This document shows positions 1-10,252 of a DNA stretch of 64,000 nucleotides, piece by piece. Location of the stretch: contig OZ242010.1 in assembly GCA_965204745.1 (NCBI GenBank), positions 1 to 64,000 on the forward strand. Direction: 5' to 3'. The DNA comes from Candidatus Latescibacterota bacterium (GTDB taxonomy: Bacteria; Latescibacterota; UBA2968). The stretch's first letter is position 1. Every line of letters starts with the position of its first letter. The notes beneath the pieces are model-generated. The model saw only the letters and a list, made by a program, of their open reading frames with translations, ran no database searches and was not told where the DNA came from. The position numbers and the translations under genes are program-made.

Positions 1-86
1 ATAACGAGCATCCCCTCTTTTTGAAATGCGTCCCACTGTTCGCGCGAAAACCCCTGCGGCGCCACGCGATAGTTCTGCTCTGACAT
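1..86 (-). CDS. Partial CDS (N-terminus), probable phytanoyl-CoA dioxygenase family protein
   Basis: ATG at 86-84 with upstream GAGGAG on the - strand; reads MSEQNYRVAPQGFSREQWDAFQKEGMLV and runs off the window; F..EG-hydrophobic pattern is typical of PhyH N-termini. Confidence 0.45.
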   Translation of the reverse strand, partial: MSEQNYRVAPQGFSREQWDAFQKEGMLV

Positions 87-258
87 GTCGATCTCCTCGT
101 TTGGATGTGGTGGTTGAAGCGGACTCAAATTCGACTTCACGAGAACTCGGATCAAAATGGAGATGAATCCGCCTCGAAAGCGATGTGTTGTTCTAAAAGT
201 ACGCTATTTGCGGTAGCGAATCAACTGGGAAAAATTTTGATCTCACCCGGAGGGGCAG

Positions 259-954
259 ATGGCAAAATTTGGGCAGGTGCGCGCATTGACGTTCGATCTG
301 TTTGGCACGATTTTGGATTTGGGCGGCAGTCTGACGCCGTTCATCGACGAGATGCTCCGCGAGAAAGGGGCCGATATAACCGCCGACGCATTCTGGCAGC
401 AATGGCGTTATCGGCAGCGGCTGGAGCAATTTCAGGACACGATCATGATGCTCGGGCACGGGGGCTATTTGGAGACCGTGCGGCGGGCTTATGTGTACGT
501 GCTGGCACTGAACAAAATCGAAATGTCCAACCGGGAAGTGACGACATTTCTGGCGTGTTGGCGAGAACTGAAGCCGTTTCCCGAAGTCAGAGCCGGGCTG
601 GAGAAACTGAGTGCGCGGTATCAACTGGTGGGTCTGTCCAACGGAGATCCGGCTTTTCTCGATCACTTGGCGAAAAATCAAATTCAGTGGGATTTTGACC
701 GCGTCATTTCCGTGACCACGATGGGCGCGTTCAAGCCGCATCCGGCGGTGTATCGCCGCGCCGCACAAATCCTGGGGCTAGAAGTGGGCGAGTGCCTGAT
801 GGTCTCGGCCAATTCGTTTGACGTGGTGGGCGCACGCGCATGCGGTTTTCGCGGTGCCTACATCAACCGCTATGCCCTGCCCTATGAAGACTCGCCCTAT
901 CGCGCCGATATAACAGCCGCAGATTTCACAGAACTGGCCGAAGCAATCGCATAA
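259..954 (+). CDS. Haloacid dehalogenase type II (HAD-IA)
   Basis: FDLFGT motif I, LSNG, FKPHPAVY, VSANSFDVVGA motifs. Confidence 0.9.
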   Translation: MAKFGQVRALTFDLFGTILDLGGSLTPFIDEMLREKGADITADAFWQQWRYRQRLEQFQDTIMMLGHGGYLETVRRAYVYVLALNKIEMSNREVTTFLACWRELKPFPEVRAGLEKLSARYQLVGLSNGDPAFLDHLAKNQIQWDFDRVISVTTMGAFKPHPAVYRRAAQILGLEVGECLMVSANSFDVVGARACGFRGAYINRYALPYEDSPYRADITAADFTELAEAIA

Positions 955-1089
955 TCCGTGGCTATAGGCTTTAATCTATCTTGAGCGACGCAGAGGGTTT
1001 GACCATTGACAATCGAGTCGGTTGGCTTTTGTGTGCCAATCAGCCAAACGGATTTGTTCATTTTTGAAGTCGCACAGGACATACAAACC

Positions 1090-2568
1090 ATGTCTTCAAT
1101 TACTATCTCCAATGCCAATGATCTTTCCGTTATTGATGCTGTCAAACGCATAGCCGAACAACACCGTCCAGAACTCGGCTTTCACGCTCGTCAGGCTTAT
1201 GTGGATAGCCTCAATAAAGGCGAACTTCTCATCGCTCAAAATGATGGCGTTGTGGGCTTTGCACGCTATCACCACAGGCGAGACAACCGGACAACGCTTT
1301 ACGAAATTGCAGTAACTCCTAACGTTCAAAACAAAGGGATCGGGCGTCGGCTGATAGATGCGTTGATCGCCGACTGCCGACGTGTGTCTTCGCGATGCCT
1401 CCGATTATTATGTCCTGTGGAATTGCCAGCAAACCGTTTCTATGAAGCGATTGGTTTCATTCGCTCAACTCGGCGCAGTCGGCTTGGCAGAAGTCGTCCA
1501 TTATACGAGTGGGAATTTCCTGTCCTGCCAAATCGGAAAATTGCGTTTGTGGCATCATTAACCTCAACAGCCTCCGACCTAAAGCAATTGATCCAGATGT
1601 GGGAAAGAGAGGGACCAAATAGAAAGCCATTCGAAAAGTGTATCATCACGCCGCTATTCATCGAGCGCAAATCTTTTGATTATGTCCGGTACATCCATGA
1701 ACACTGGGGCATTGAGGTCATCTTTGACTCCGGCGGATTCTTCGTCCAGCAAGGAAAAATCTCATACGATGAATTATTTGTACGTCTGCTCAATTTTTAT
1801 TCTCAACATAGATGGGCCCAAACGTATGTGCTCCCCGACTTCGTACCAACCTCAAGACAAACATCCGATGAGATAACAGAAAGGGTTTACATTACGGCGT
1901 CTGAGAGCATCAGATTCTTGGGTAGGCTTCCCATTGACTTGCGAGACCGGGCCCTCGGCGTTCTACAGGGGCACAATCCCGAACACCTCAAACACTGTTT
2001 CGACGCATTCATAGAGAGTGGCTTACAACGCATCGGTTTTGGGAGTTTCGATACCACAGGGATCAATGCAGAGATCAACCTGTTGACCGCTCAAACCGAA
2101 CGCCGGCTGGTTTTTGTGCGCGACCTGATTCGACGAAATTTCCTCAATGGAAAAATCGCATCTCCACCTGATCTTCATTTGTTCGGTGTTGGTTCTCCGA
2201 ATATTATCGACCAATTCAAAAACTACTTAGCGACCAGTTACGACAGTTCCGGTTGGCAACGCACCGCGGGATTTGGGAACGTTTACTTGCCTTTTATGGG
2301 GCGCCAGAACGTCAGCCATCGATCAACCGTCCTGATGCTGAATAAAAGCATGAATGCCAAAGAATTTTACGCACAGTGCGAACGCACAAAGCATTCATGT
2401 CCGTTCTGTCGAGATTTCTCAAGGCTTCAAAAAGATCGATTGGTGAGGATGTGGCACAACGCAATCGTTTTTGGTGAGATGATGGATATAACCAATCGCG
2501 TTGAGCGCAGAGAAATCCCAAGAAAAAGAAAATCAATGTCTCGACAGATATCGCGTAACGCATTTTGA
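1090..2568 (+). CDS. GNAT acetyltransferase fused to a tRNA-guanine transglycosylase (TGT/DpdA)-like domain
   Basis: N-terminal GNAT (IAVTPNVQNKGIGRRLI acetyl-CoA loop, ANRFYEAIGF); C-terminal TGT motifs FDSGGF, LPDFVP, VLQG, IGFGS, LHLFGVG, SYDSSGW and a Zn-site-like C..HSCPFC...HN. ATG 1090 preferred over TTG 1006. Confidence 0.8.
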   Translation: MSSITISNANDLSVIDAVKRIAEQHRPELGFHARQAYVDSLNKGELLIAQNDGVVGFARYHHRRDNRTTLYEIAVTPNVQNKGIGRRLIDALIADCRRVSSRCLRLLCPVELPANRFYEAIGFIRSTRRSRLGRSRPLYEWEFPVLPNRKIAFVASLTSTASDLKQLIQMWEREGPNRKPFEKCIITPLFIERKSFDYVRYIHEHWGIEVIFDSGGFFVQQGKISYDELFVRLLNFYSQHRWAQTYVLPDFVPTSRQTSDEITERVYITASESIRFLGRLPIDLRDRALGVLQGHNPEHLKHCFDAFIESGLQRIGFGSFDTTGINAEINLLTAQTERRLVFVRDLIRRNFLNGKIASPPDLHLFGVGSPNIIDQFKNYLATSYDSSGWQRTAGFGNVYLPFMGRQNVSHRSTVLMLNKSMNAKEFYAQCERTKHSCPFCRDFSRLQKDRLVRMWHNAIVFGEMMDITNRVERREIPRKRKSMSRQISRNAF

Positions 2569-2581
2569 TAACGGGGTAACG

Positions 2582-3421
2582 ATGAGATCACATAACCATG
2601 TTTTTCATACGAAACACGACTTCAAGCCAGAACTGGGGTGGGCTACCTTTCAATTATTAGCCGAGATTGGCTCTGATGGCATTTCGGCCCCCAACTTACA
2701 CGCCATCGCAAAGGCAACGGGGTCGCCATTGGCTAAACGGTCGGACTTAAATAAGATCACGACCGCTATGCAGGATGTTGGCTTGACCGAAAAAACGCGA
2801 GGAGGGATTGCGCTTTCCAAAGCGGGAAGGGCCCTTGCGGAGGGACTTGGAGGCTATGAAGCAGGCTTCCGAGCCGCGGTACACTGTCTATACGCTTGGA
2901 AATGGATTTGGGATCGGAATACTCAGACCGCTTCTCCATCATGGAGCTATCGCCAAGTATTAAAACAGATCTTGAACTCTGGATTTACAGGTATTGACTC
3001 GGATGAAATTGTGTTACGGGTCGTCTCTACCGCTGAAAAGAAATTCAATACTGTGAAAGTCTCTTTTAGCCGGTCGAGCGTGAGTGGTGTGACCATGTGG
3101 CTTGAATCTCAAGCATTGCCTCTTGTACTGAAAAAAGGACATCGCCTGATTCTCCAAAATTCTTTGACACCTATGGCAGACGCGATTCGCCTTCATTTGG
3201 CTGCACTATGCGCTTGCTATCGCGGTGAGGCGACTTTGGATGGCGACAACATACAATTGCTGTGGGAGTCTTTTTTGATTCGCACGGATGACCTCGTCGG
3301 TCTATTGTTGGATTTTACACGAGATAGTGACGAATTTCTGTTGACGCCAGCGACACCTAATCGCGTGATTTTCAGGGGATCTGAAGACCCATTTATCGAA
3401 TGGCTGGTTAGATCGGCCTGA
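2582..3421 (+). CDS. Hypothetical protein, possible tandem winged-helix DNA-binding protein
   Basis: ~279-aa ORF tightly packed in the operon; helix-then-wing patterns (MQDVGLTEKTRGGIALSKAGRAL; SRSSVSGVTMWLE...PLV). Confidence 0.6.
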   Translation: MRSHNHVFHTKHDFKPELGWATFQLLAEIGSDGISAPNLHAIAKATGSPLAKRSDLNKITTAMQDVGLTEKTRGGIALSKAGRALAEGLGGYEAGFRAAVHCLYAWKWIWDRNTQTASPSWSYRQVLKQILNSGFTGIDSDEIVLRVVSTAEKKFNTVKVSFSRSSVSGVTMWLESQALPLVLKKGHRLILQNSLTPMADAIRLHLAALCACYRGEATLDGDNIQLLWESFLIRTDDLVGLLLDFTRDSDEFLLTPATPNRVIFRGSEDPFIEWLVRSA

Positions 3422-3478
3422 TTGAAATGGCTGTCGTTGCAAAAAGAGAAATGCGTGTCTTTTGTTCAAGGACGACTT

Positions 3479-6400
3479 ATGAAAAACAATTATGCAGATA
3501 CTTTGCAAATTTTACCTATCGCTGATACTGTCAGTGGATCAGTCGCCCGGGAAAACCCCAAAGAGACGATTGATCATTACAACCGGCTTGCCAGTCAACT
3601 TTGGTTGGCGCCGAAAGTCGGTGTTGTCGCAGAATCGGTGCTTTCAAACGTGCAACGGGGACACACCACATGGGGAAGTCTGAGTGGACCGTATGGGTTT
3701 GGCAAAACAGCAACCGCGATTGCCTTATGGGCTCATGCAAAAAACGCTGACTTTTTATCCATTCCCCCTTTGTCGTGTACCAACTTCGATGAATTGGCTT
3801 ATGGGATTGCCACACTTGCCGGCGTGCAGTATCCAAAAATTAAAAAGCAGATTGACAAATTATTTCGGGATGTCTTCATAAAAGAATTGAATCCCATGGT
3901 GCAGACCGACGCGAAGCGGTACTCTGTTTCCTCTCGAACAGTCCGACAAATCTATCGAGATAAGCTCTCTAATGGTCAGTTCACATTAGACACTCGCCCC
4001 CACCGAACCGTCGAATTTCTGGCGAAATTGGGACAACTTGCAACGGAATCTTCAAAGGGCTTGGTGATTGTCCTCGATGAACTTCAGCAATTGCTCGGCC
4101 CTCTTGATGCCCGCGCCATCGTCCAATTTCGAGAATTTGTCTGGGGGATGCGTACTGAGCGTTCGTCCTGTGGTCTGATTCTAATTATGGACTCACTGCT
4201 CGAAGCGAGATTGGCACGCTGGGCAGCGGACATTCTTCATCGAATTCGTGAAAATGGCCCTGCGCTACAGCTAACCAATATCTATACCCGTGAGTTTCCA
4301 TTATGGCTATGGAATCAATTAACCAACAGAAAAAGAGGAGACCTGTCTTTCCAATCAGAGGCATTGACGGATAACGTCCTTTCGTCCCTCGGTCAACTCG
4401 TTGAGCGACCCGACCTTGCCAATGGGCCGCGCACCGTTGTGGATGTCTTTTTTCGGGCAGCAGTTCACCATAAAAAAACAGGCTCGAGCTACGATATATC
4501 TCACCTCGTTGACGATGTCCATCAAGGCCAATTTCGTTACTTCGGGGAAGGCGCGACAATACAAAATGCCCTAACCCAAATCCTGTCGGACGAGTGGATT
4601 AAAGAAGATGATGGACGTAGGACACTGGTAAAAACGCTCGCGGCTTTTCCGCAGGGATGTTCTCGACAAACACTTCAACACTACATCCCCCACAAAGAGC
4701 AACTCGAGACCGCAAGGTCGGAGTTGTTTGGCCCATTGCTCGTTGAACTTTCTGAAGGTTTGGCCTTGGAACCATTGCAGCAGGTTCGGCGGACTCGCAC
4801 CCATTGGGAGCAAATTCTGTCGCACTGCTGGGAGACATTGCCCGCGCTTGATGCTTTAGCCACGCGCGCGCCAGATATGATTTATCGGGTTCTCATTCCA
4901 AGGCTGTTTCCCAAGGGAACTCCTACTTGGCCTGCCTGGGAACAGCTCTCTGACGAATCAAGTGCTGTATTGACGGGTTGGCATATACGCCAAGGAACGT
5001 TTGACGATGCTTACCCAAAAAGAGAAATTGCCCTGTGTATAACAGACAAAGAACCGGAATCGTGGCCGCAGGATATGGATGTTTGCATTGCGTTCGTTTG
5101 CGATGTCAGTACAGACGCCAATATGACCCCCACGGCGAAATTGCTGGACACCAGTGAAGGCTGTTTCATTTTGATGAGGTTGCCGGTACTAAAACCTTTG
5201 ACAGATCGAATTCCTACAGATTTGCAACGTTACAAAAAATACATTCAGCCGGAGCCGTTTCGACCCGTAACAATCCTGACCGCCCTGCATGACCTTGAGG
5301 CATTTCTCGGAGATCTGATCGGCAATTCCGACGTTATCGATACGCCCTCTTCAAAAAAAGAACAGTCTGAAATGAAGCGGCTTGTGGCATTTGTCGATAT
5401 TGCGGTAGATTTTATCCTTCGAGAACTTTTAGGCGGGCATGTGGATGTAGGAAAGGGGCTATCGATCTCCTTGCGAGGCCCGGAACTACTGCGTGCCCTC
5501 TTTACCCAAGGATGCCATCGCCGATTTCCACAATACCAAACATTGATGGGAACGGCAAAATGGCAGGATATTTTATTCCATTATCGAGAGGGAATACGCT
5601 CGGATTGGTTGAGTCCAGCACAACGTCAGGGAGAAAAAGAAATCGTCATGCCTAAGGCAGAGATGTATGAATCGTTGTTCGGTCAACTGAGTACAGCGGC
5701 AGGTGACAGTTTCATCAAAAAACTGGGGCCGTTCGTCGAAGCAAAGAAAAAGCCAAAATCATTTTCGCTTCGTCTGACGATGCACCCCGCCGAAGTTGCT
5801 CTGATTGATTATTTGAAGGGACTTTCCGGATATCGATCCATTCCTTTCGATGCCGCTGTGGAATTTCTACGACATCGGGGTTATGTACAAACAGAAACAG
5901 AAGAAATTATCAAAATTCTCGTTGCGAGAGAATGCCTGACAAGAGATTCCAATGCGTATATCCGATTCATTCCAAACGCAGGGATCGAACGCGCCCGTAT
6001 GAAAGAAAAAATCGCGGAGATAAACCGCGAACTTTTCCGCCTTGAAGTAACTGACAATCTCGATTTTCTTTCCACAGAGGCATCCATACCCAATTTACAG
6101 GCACACCTTGACCTTATTAAAGCACGTTTGAAAGAACAGATTGAAGAACAGATTCAAGAACTGGCAAATAGAGTCACTTCGCTTCACGACTTGATAGGGA
6201 CAGTACGCGCGTCCACCGTTCCCCAAAATTGGGCAACTTCACATTTGAGCACACATCTAACAGGCGTAGCGACTAAGCTTCGCCAAACCCAAGATCCCCT
6301 GCTAAAAACCTTACGCAAGGAGTTGAAACGGGTTGAGAAAGAGCTCGATTTCTCATCCCGTCCTAAAGATGTGGGATGGGCTATTGCCCAGAGGAAAAAG

Positions 6401-7207
6401 CGGGTCTCATTTTCTCGATCCTTTCAGAAGCTACGGGATCGTGTGACGCTATTTGAAACGCGAGTGAAAGCACTCGCGTTTTGGGAAGTACTAAACAATC
6501 AACTTCGCTCAACCGATGCACTATGTACAAAGATATCCGAGGCAGAGCCTGCTCTGGTAATGGCTTTGAGTCAACTCGTTGAAGAATTTAAGGAGCGATT
6601 TGCCACCGATTCATGGGGGCCGTTGTTCGCTTCGAGCGCGTTTTCAAAGAAATTAGGAGCAGTACAATCCGATGTCCAAGGACTGCTTTACAGTTGCGTC
6701 CAAACGTTTAATCGGGAATTAGAAATAATCAGGAACCGATTCAAACCGCTATTACCAGCGGCACAACCACCGAAGTTCGACATATTGGGAGAAGGCGGTC
6801 AGGGGCACGATTCAATTCAGGAGCCTTTCCAGAAATTGTACCAATGGGCATGGAATGGTTTTCGAGAAGTTGCTAAGGATTGCAAGCAAAAAAAACAAAG
6901 TGGTATCCCATGGCGCGATCCAGACAACAAACGAGAAAACTGGAAAAAATTAGAAGATGAGGTTGACTTAAGGCTTCAAGGAGCCGATGGCACGCTCGAT
7001 TTTGAAACGGTTCAGCGTATAGGAATGAAGGTCTTGTTAATGCAACGCGGTTTCACTTCGGTAGAAGACATTGAAGCCATCCCAGGTTTATACGATAATC
7101 CGGATAGCCCTCCTGACTTTAAAAAATTAGAGCAGTTATTTGGACGAGGACAAATCGCGATTCGGGTCGATCTAAAAAGTCTTGAGGGGACAAAAGCTCA
7201 TTCTTGA
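3479..7207 (+). CDS. Large P-loop ATPase with C-terminal helical/coiled-coil region
   Basis: Walker A GPYGFGKT, Walker B VIVLDE, NGPRTV sensor-like motif; heptad-rich C-terminal third; AAGGA before ATG 3479. Confidence 0.8.
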   Translation: MKNNYADTLQILPIADTVSGSVARENPKETIDHYNRLASQLWLAPKVGVVAESVLSNVQRGHTTWGSLSGPYGFGKTATAIALWAHAKNADFLSIPPLSCTNFDELAYGIATLAGVQYPKIKKQIDKLFRDVFIKELNPMVQTDAKRYSVSSRTVRQIYRDKLSNGQFTLDTRPHRTVEFLAKLGQLATESSKGLVIVLDELQQLLGPLDARAIVQFREFVWGMRTERSSCGLILIMDSLLEARLARWAADILHRIRENGPALQLTNIYTREFPLWLWNQLTNRKRGDLSFQSEALTDNVLSSLGQLVERPDLANGPRTVVDVFFRAAVHHKKTGSSYDISHLVDDVHQGQFRYFGEGATIQNALTQILSDEWIKEDDGRRTLVKTLAAFPQGCSRQTLQHYIPHKEQLETARSELFGPLLVELSEGLALEPLQQVRRTRTHWEQILSHCWETLPALDALATRAPDMIYRVLIPRLFPKGTPTWPAWEQLSDESSAVLTGWHIRQGTFDDAYPKREIALCITDKEPESWPQDMDVCIAFVCDVSTDANMTPTAKLLDTSEGCFILMRLPVLKPLTDRIPTDLQRYKKYIQPEPFRPVTILTALHDLEAFLGDLIGNSDVIDTPSSKKEQSEMKRLVAFVDIAVDFILRELLGGHVDVGKGLSISLRGPELLRALFTQGCHRRFPQYQTLMGTAKWQDILFHYREGIRSDWLSPAQRQGEKEIVMPKAEMYESLFGQLSTAAGDSFIKKLGPFVEAKKKPKSFSLRLTMHPAEVALIDYLKGLSGYRSIPFDAAVEFLRHRGYVQTETEEIIKILVARECLTRDSNAYIRFIPNAGIERARMKEKIAEINRELFRLEVTDNLDFLSTEASIPNLQAHLDLIKARLKEQIEEQIQELANRVTSLHDLIGTVRASTVPQNWATSHLSTHLTGVATKLRQTQDPLLKTLRKELKRVEKELDFSSRPKDVGWAIAQRKKRVSFSRSFQKLRDRVTLFETRVKALAFWEVLNNQLRSTDALCTKISEAEPALVMALSQLVEEFKERFATDSWGPLFASSAFSKKLGAVQSDVQGLLYSCVQTFNRELEIIRNRFKPLLPAAQPPKFDILGEGGQGHDSIQEPFQKLYQWAWNGFREVAKDCKQKKQSGIPWRDPDNKRENWKKLEDEVDLRLQGADGTLDFETVQRIGMKVLLMQRGFTSVEDIEAIPGLYDNPDSPPDFKKLEQLFGRGQIAIRVDLKSLEGTKAHS

Positions 7208-7231
7208 ATTTTGGCAAACGCGAGGATAAAA

Positions 7232-8920
7232 ATGGCTAACTATGATGAATGGAACGAGGCAATTACCGAATACTTCGTCAGCGGTGTGCCCAACGGTGCG
7301 ACCATCTACCTGAGTGTGGACGATGGCGCGTTGATGGATATCAGCACCCGCTTTGAACAATCGGAGGCGAATCCTGTGAATTGGGTTGATGACTTTACTA
7401 CAGCAGTTCGCTCCAAGTGTTTGATCGGCAACCGAGTTTATCTGGAAAGCATTTCAGGTTACCAGCCCAAAGGGCAACCGCGTTGCGTCGCCTTTCTCGC
7501 GGCAATGGTCCTCGCTGCTCATCGCATGGTTGCTGAATATACGGAAGATGAAGCCATCGCCCAGATCAATTATTTTACACGTTTGCGTCAGGTCCTCGGG
7601 TTGCCGGATGAAGAAGGTGGCCGTCCTGATGGTTTGTCAATAGGGCTTGAGGAAAATCTGTGGCAATCTTGGAACTGGTGGTTGATTCGGAAGGGTTGGC
7701 TTCCGTCGGCTGAACCTGGACAGAGCAACTACGACAAGTACATCAACTATCCCCTCTCTCAAGCGTTGCTCCGTGAAGGAGATGGAGAATCTGTGGAACG
7801 CCTCTTCCGAGAGAGCGAAAAATCAGGTCAATTAAGTCGTGTTTGGGACAGAGATACCGTAGGTTCTTGGATACGAAGCCAAGATCTCCGTTCAAGGTAT
7901 CTCAGAGAGTTGGTTCGAGAAAGCGACCGTTATGATGCGATTACCGATGCCATCTACGACGTTTATATCTCTATTGACTGGGATCAAACTTCGCCAGAGC
8001 GTTTGACTGTGCAACGCCGCCTGACAGCAGGATTATATCGGGTGGAAGATTTTATCACGGGAACCGTTGATTATCGGCTGTATCCACGCCAACCAAGGCA
8101 ACTTCAAAATAAGCCCTTGGAAGTGATTCAAAATGGTCACACACATCTCTTGCGCGAAGAGCGTCCAGGGTGGTTTCTGCCTTTATGGTGTGCCGATCCC
8201 GCCGGTGGCGTGTCTTACGAAGTGCGAGGTCATCCCCAAATCGAGGAACTTATCTTGCCCGAACGGAAATTCTGGATTCTGATTCGCGACCCAGAGAACG
8301 AGGCATCGGGGGTTTTTGCGGGTTGGGGACACCCTGGGCTCGGCGAAACATTCCTTCTGCTATGCCGAAAAGAGTATGCGGACCAAATGGAAATTTTCAA
8401 GCGGGAAGCCTTGCTCAAATGGGATCATGATTTCCCAATAAATGATGACTGGGTCGAATATCGGGAATGCATGATTTTATCTCCAAGTTGGGAGGGCATC
8501 ATTCCGCAACACCGAGATCTCTACGATGCCCTAAAGCCGAGCGTATCGGCGACAATTTCCTTGAAAGGCGGGCTACGAGTACCGAATCAGAGTGGATATT
8601 TGGAAGGATACGCGCCTGAAATGACAATCATTGCCTTTGATGACAGCGTCGAGTTAAAGCTACTGGACCTATCTCGTCCCGCCGAACCGATCATGGATGA
8701 GATCGTCAAGACGAATCAGCCAATAAATTACCCCGACCTTGGTTTCGGAGACTATCTCGTTGAAGCCTATAATTTAGGGAAACTCGCAACCCGGCGCGGG
8801 TTCCGAATCGCGCCATGGGATTCACTGGATTGTCGGCAACCCAAAGAGGCATTTTCCGTAGTGGTTGGAAAATTTAGACTACAGGGGGCTATCATCAAAA
8901 CGAGTGAGTCTAAAGGATAA
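7232..8920 (+). CDS. Hypothetical protein (putative Druantia-like accessory subunit)
   Basis: ~560-aa ORF with GAGGA RBS, operonic with the helicase; no catalytic motif recognised. Confidence 0.65.
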   Translation: MANYDEWNEAITEYFVSGVPNGATIYLSVDDGALMDISTRFEQSEANPVNWVDDFTTAVRSKCLIGNRVYLESISGYQPKGQPRCVAFLAAMVLAAHRMVAEYTEDEAIAQINYFTRLRQVLGLPDEEGGRPDGLSIGLEENLWQSWNWWLIRKGWLPSAEPGQSNYDKYINYPLSQALLREGDGESVERLFRESEKSGQLSRVWDRDTVGSWIRSQDLRSRYLRELVRESDRYDAITDAIYDVYISIDWDQTSPERLTVQRRLTAGLYRVEDFITGTVDYRLYPRQPRQLQNKPLEVIQNGHTHLLREERPGWFLPLWCADPAGGVSYEVRGHPQIEELILPERKFWILIRDPENEASGVFAGWGHPGLGETFLLLCRKEYADQMEIFKREALLKWDHDFPINDDWVEYRECMILSPSWEGIIPQHRDLYDALKPSVSATISLKGGLRVPNQSGYLEGYAPEMTIIAFDDSVELKLLDLSRPAEPIMDEIVKTNQPINYPDLGFGDYLVEAYNLGKLATRRGFRIAPWDSLDCRQPKEAFSVVVGKFRLQGAIIKTSESKG

Positions 8921-8934
8921 TGGGAGGAGTTAAG

Positions 8935-10251
8935 ATGCCAAGGCGATATGTTGCCGTAAACACACAGGGCAAGCCGACGCGGATTTTTGACCGCGTCAGC
9001 GAGGCAGTGCGAGCGGAGAACCTGACGCGGGTGATACCCGCCGTGAAATTTGAAAGGAGACCGCGAGGACAATTTTATGTTTTTCTGGCTGTCGAAGGTA
9101 CAGAGGCGACGCAAATTCCCGATGATGTACGAGCCGTTCTCCAGCGGGCAGGTTTAAGGGGGCACCCTCTTTGGCCAATAGAGCCTGCCGAAATTAAATC
9201 AATGACAGGTCCGACAGAACTTGAAACCCACAGTCTCAACGCACTCACTTACAAATCTTTATGGGCTGATGATCCCGGTGATCCATTTGACTTATCTGCT
9301 ACACCCTCCGATGAGAAAGACCCCGGCGATCCTTCCCTTGGCGAACGCTATGATCAATTACTTTATTGGCTTTCTGCCAATGCCGAAGGGACTTGGCAAA
9401 CTTTCGCACGGGTCTGCCATGTCTTGCAGTTGGCTGACGATACGAACCAGACGCGCTCAATTTTCAGACATTTGACCCTCCTCGGTTACATCGAAAGCTC
9501 GGGGGATGGGCAGAAGTGGTCGATTTGTCCAACGACTTTGGTGCAATGTGCGGCGGATCCAGATGGGTATTTTCTGACTGGACAACGGACGCCAAAGTTG
9601 ATCGAACAATTTAACGAACGCTGGAAGGTGGAAAGTATCCCGCAACATCAAGGCCCGTCGCGTGTAAAAGTCCATAGTGTTCTTTCTCTGGATGCCTCTG
9701 ACAACGGTTTCTGCCTTGCGCGTGCAGGAGTTGCTTCAGTTCTGTTGGCACAGTCGCTACCCGATCTCGAAGGTTGGACAGACACCCTTACGACCATTGA
9801 TCGCATCAGCACCGCACACGACAACATCGAAATCTGGAATGGCAGTCGATTTGTTCCGTGTGATACGTTCTACGAAAGAAATGGGCAATATGTCGGTGAA
9901 TCGGGCATGTATTGCTTAACACGCAACGAGAAGGCGAATCCCTATCGCCGAGTCCTTTACTTTGACCAACCCAATCAGCGATGGTTGAGAGGAGATTGGT
10001 ATGGCCTCTGTTTCCTCTCATACCATGCCATCGGACGGGATTTTGAAGCGTTATGCGATTCCCGCACAAACGATATGCTGATCCCCAAAGATGAGCGTTG
10101 GCCTTTGCTGTATGAACGGCCATTGGTTTTGGCGTCCGGCATATTACCGTCTCGGGCTGAAAATCCAAAGTGGCTCAGATATTCAGGCGTTTCTAGCGAA
10201 TTGATTCAAGTGCTAAGCAAAAAACTGAATGTCTCAATCAGGGAGATTTAA
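8935..10251 (+). CDS. Hypothetical protein (putative Druantia-like accessory subunit) with possible NusG-N-like N-terminus
   Basis: GGAGGAG RBS; central wHTH-like segment (FRHLTLLGYIE); C-terminal PLLYERPLVLASGILP; stop abuts the helicase start. Confidence 0.65.
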   Translation: MPRRYVAVNTQGKPTRIFDRVSEAVRAENLTRVIPAVKFERRPRGQFYVFLAVEGTEATQIPDDVRAVLQRAGLRGHPLWPIEPAEIKSMTGPTELETHSLNALTYKSLWADDPGDPFDLSATPSDEKDPGDPSLGERYDQLLYWLSANAEGTWQTFARVCHVLQLADDTNQTRSIFRHLTLLGYIESSGDGQKWSICPTTLVQCAADPDGYFLTGQRTPKLIEQFNERWKVESIPQHQGPSRVKVHSVLSLDASDNGFCLARAGVASVLLAQSLPDLEGWTDTLTTIDRISTAHDNIEIWNGSRFVPCDTFYERNGQYVGESGMYCLTRNEKANPYRRVLYFDQPNQRWLRGDWYGLCFLSYHAIGRDFEALCDSRTNDMLIPKDERWPLLYERPLVLASGILPSRAENPKWLRYSGVSSELIQVLSKKLNVSIREI

Positions 10252-10252
10252 C

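Noticed and set aside
1006-1040. Sigma70 promoter at TTGACA 1006-1011 and TTG start at 1006
   Set aside because: No acceptable -10 at 16-18 bp; ATG 1090 fits the GNAT domain boundary better
1090-2568. Housekeeping tgt or a canonical Dpd cluster
   Set aside because: GNAT fusion, no recognisable N-terminal TP.FMPV motif, island context; no dpdB/dpdC/dpdK or que genes
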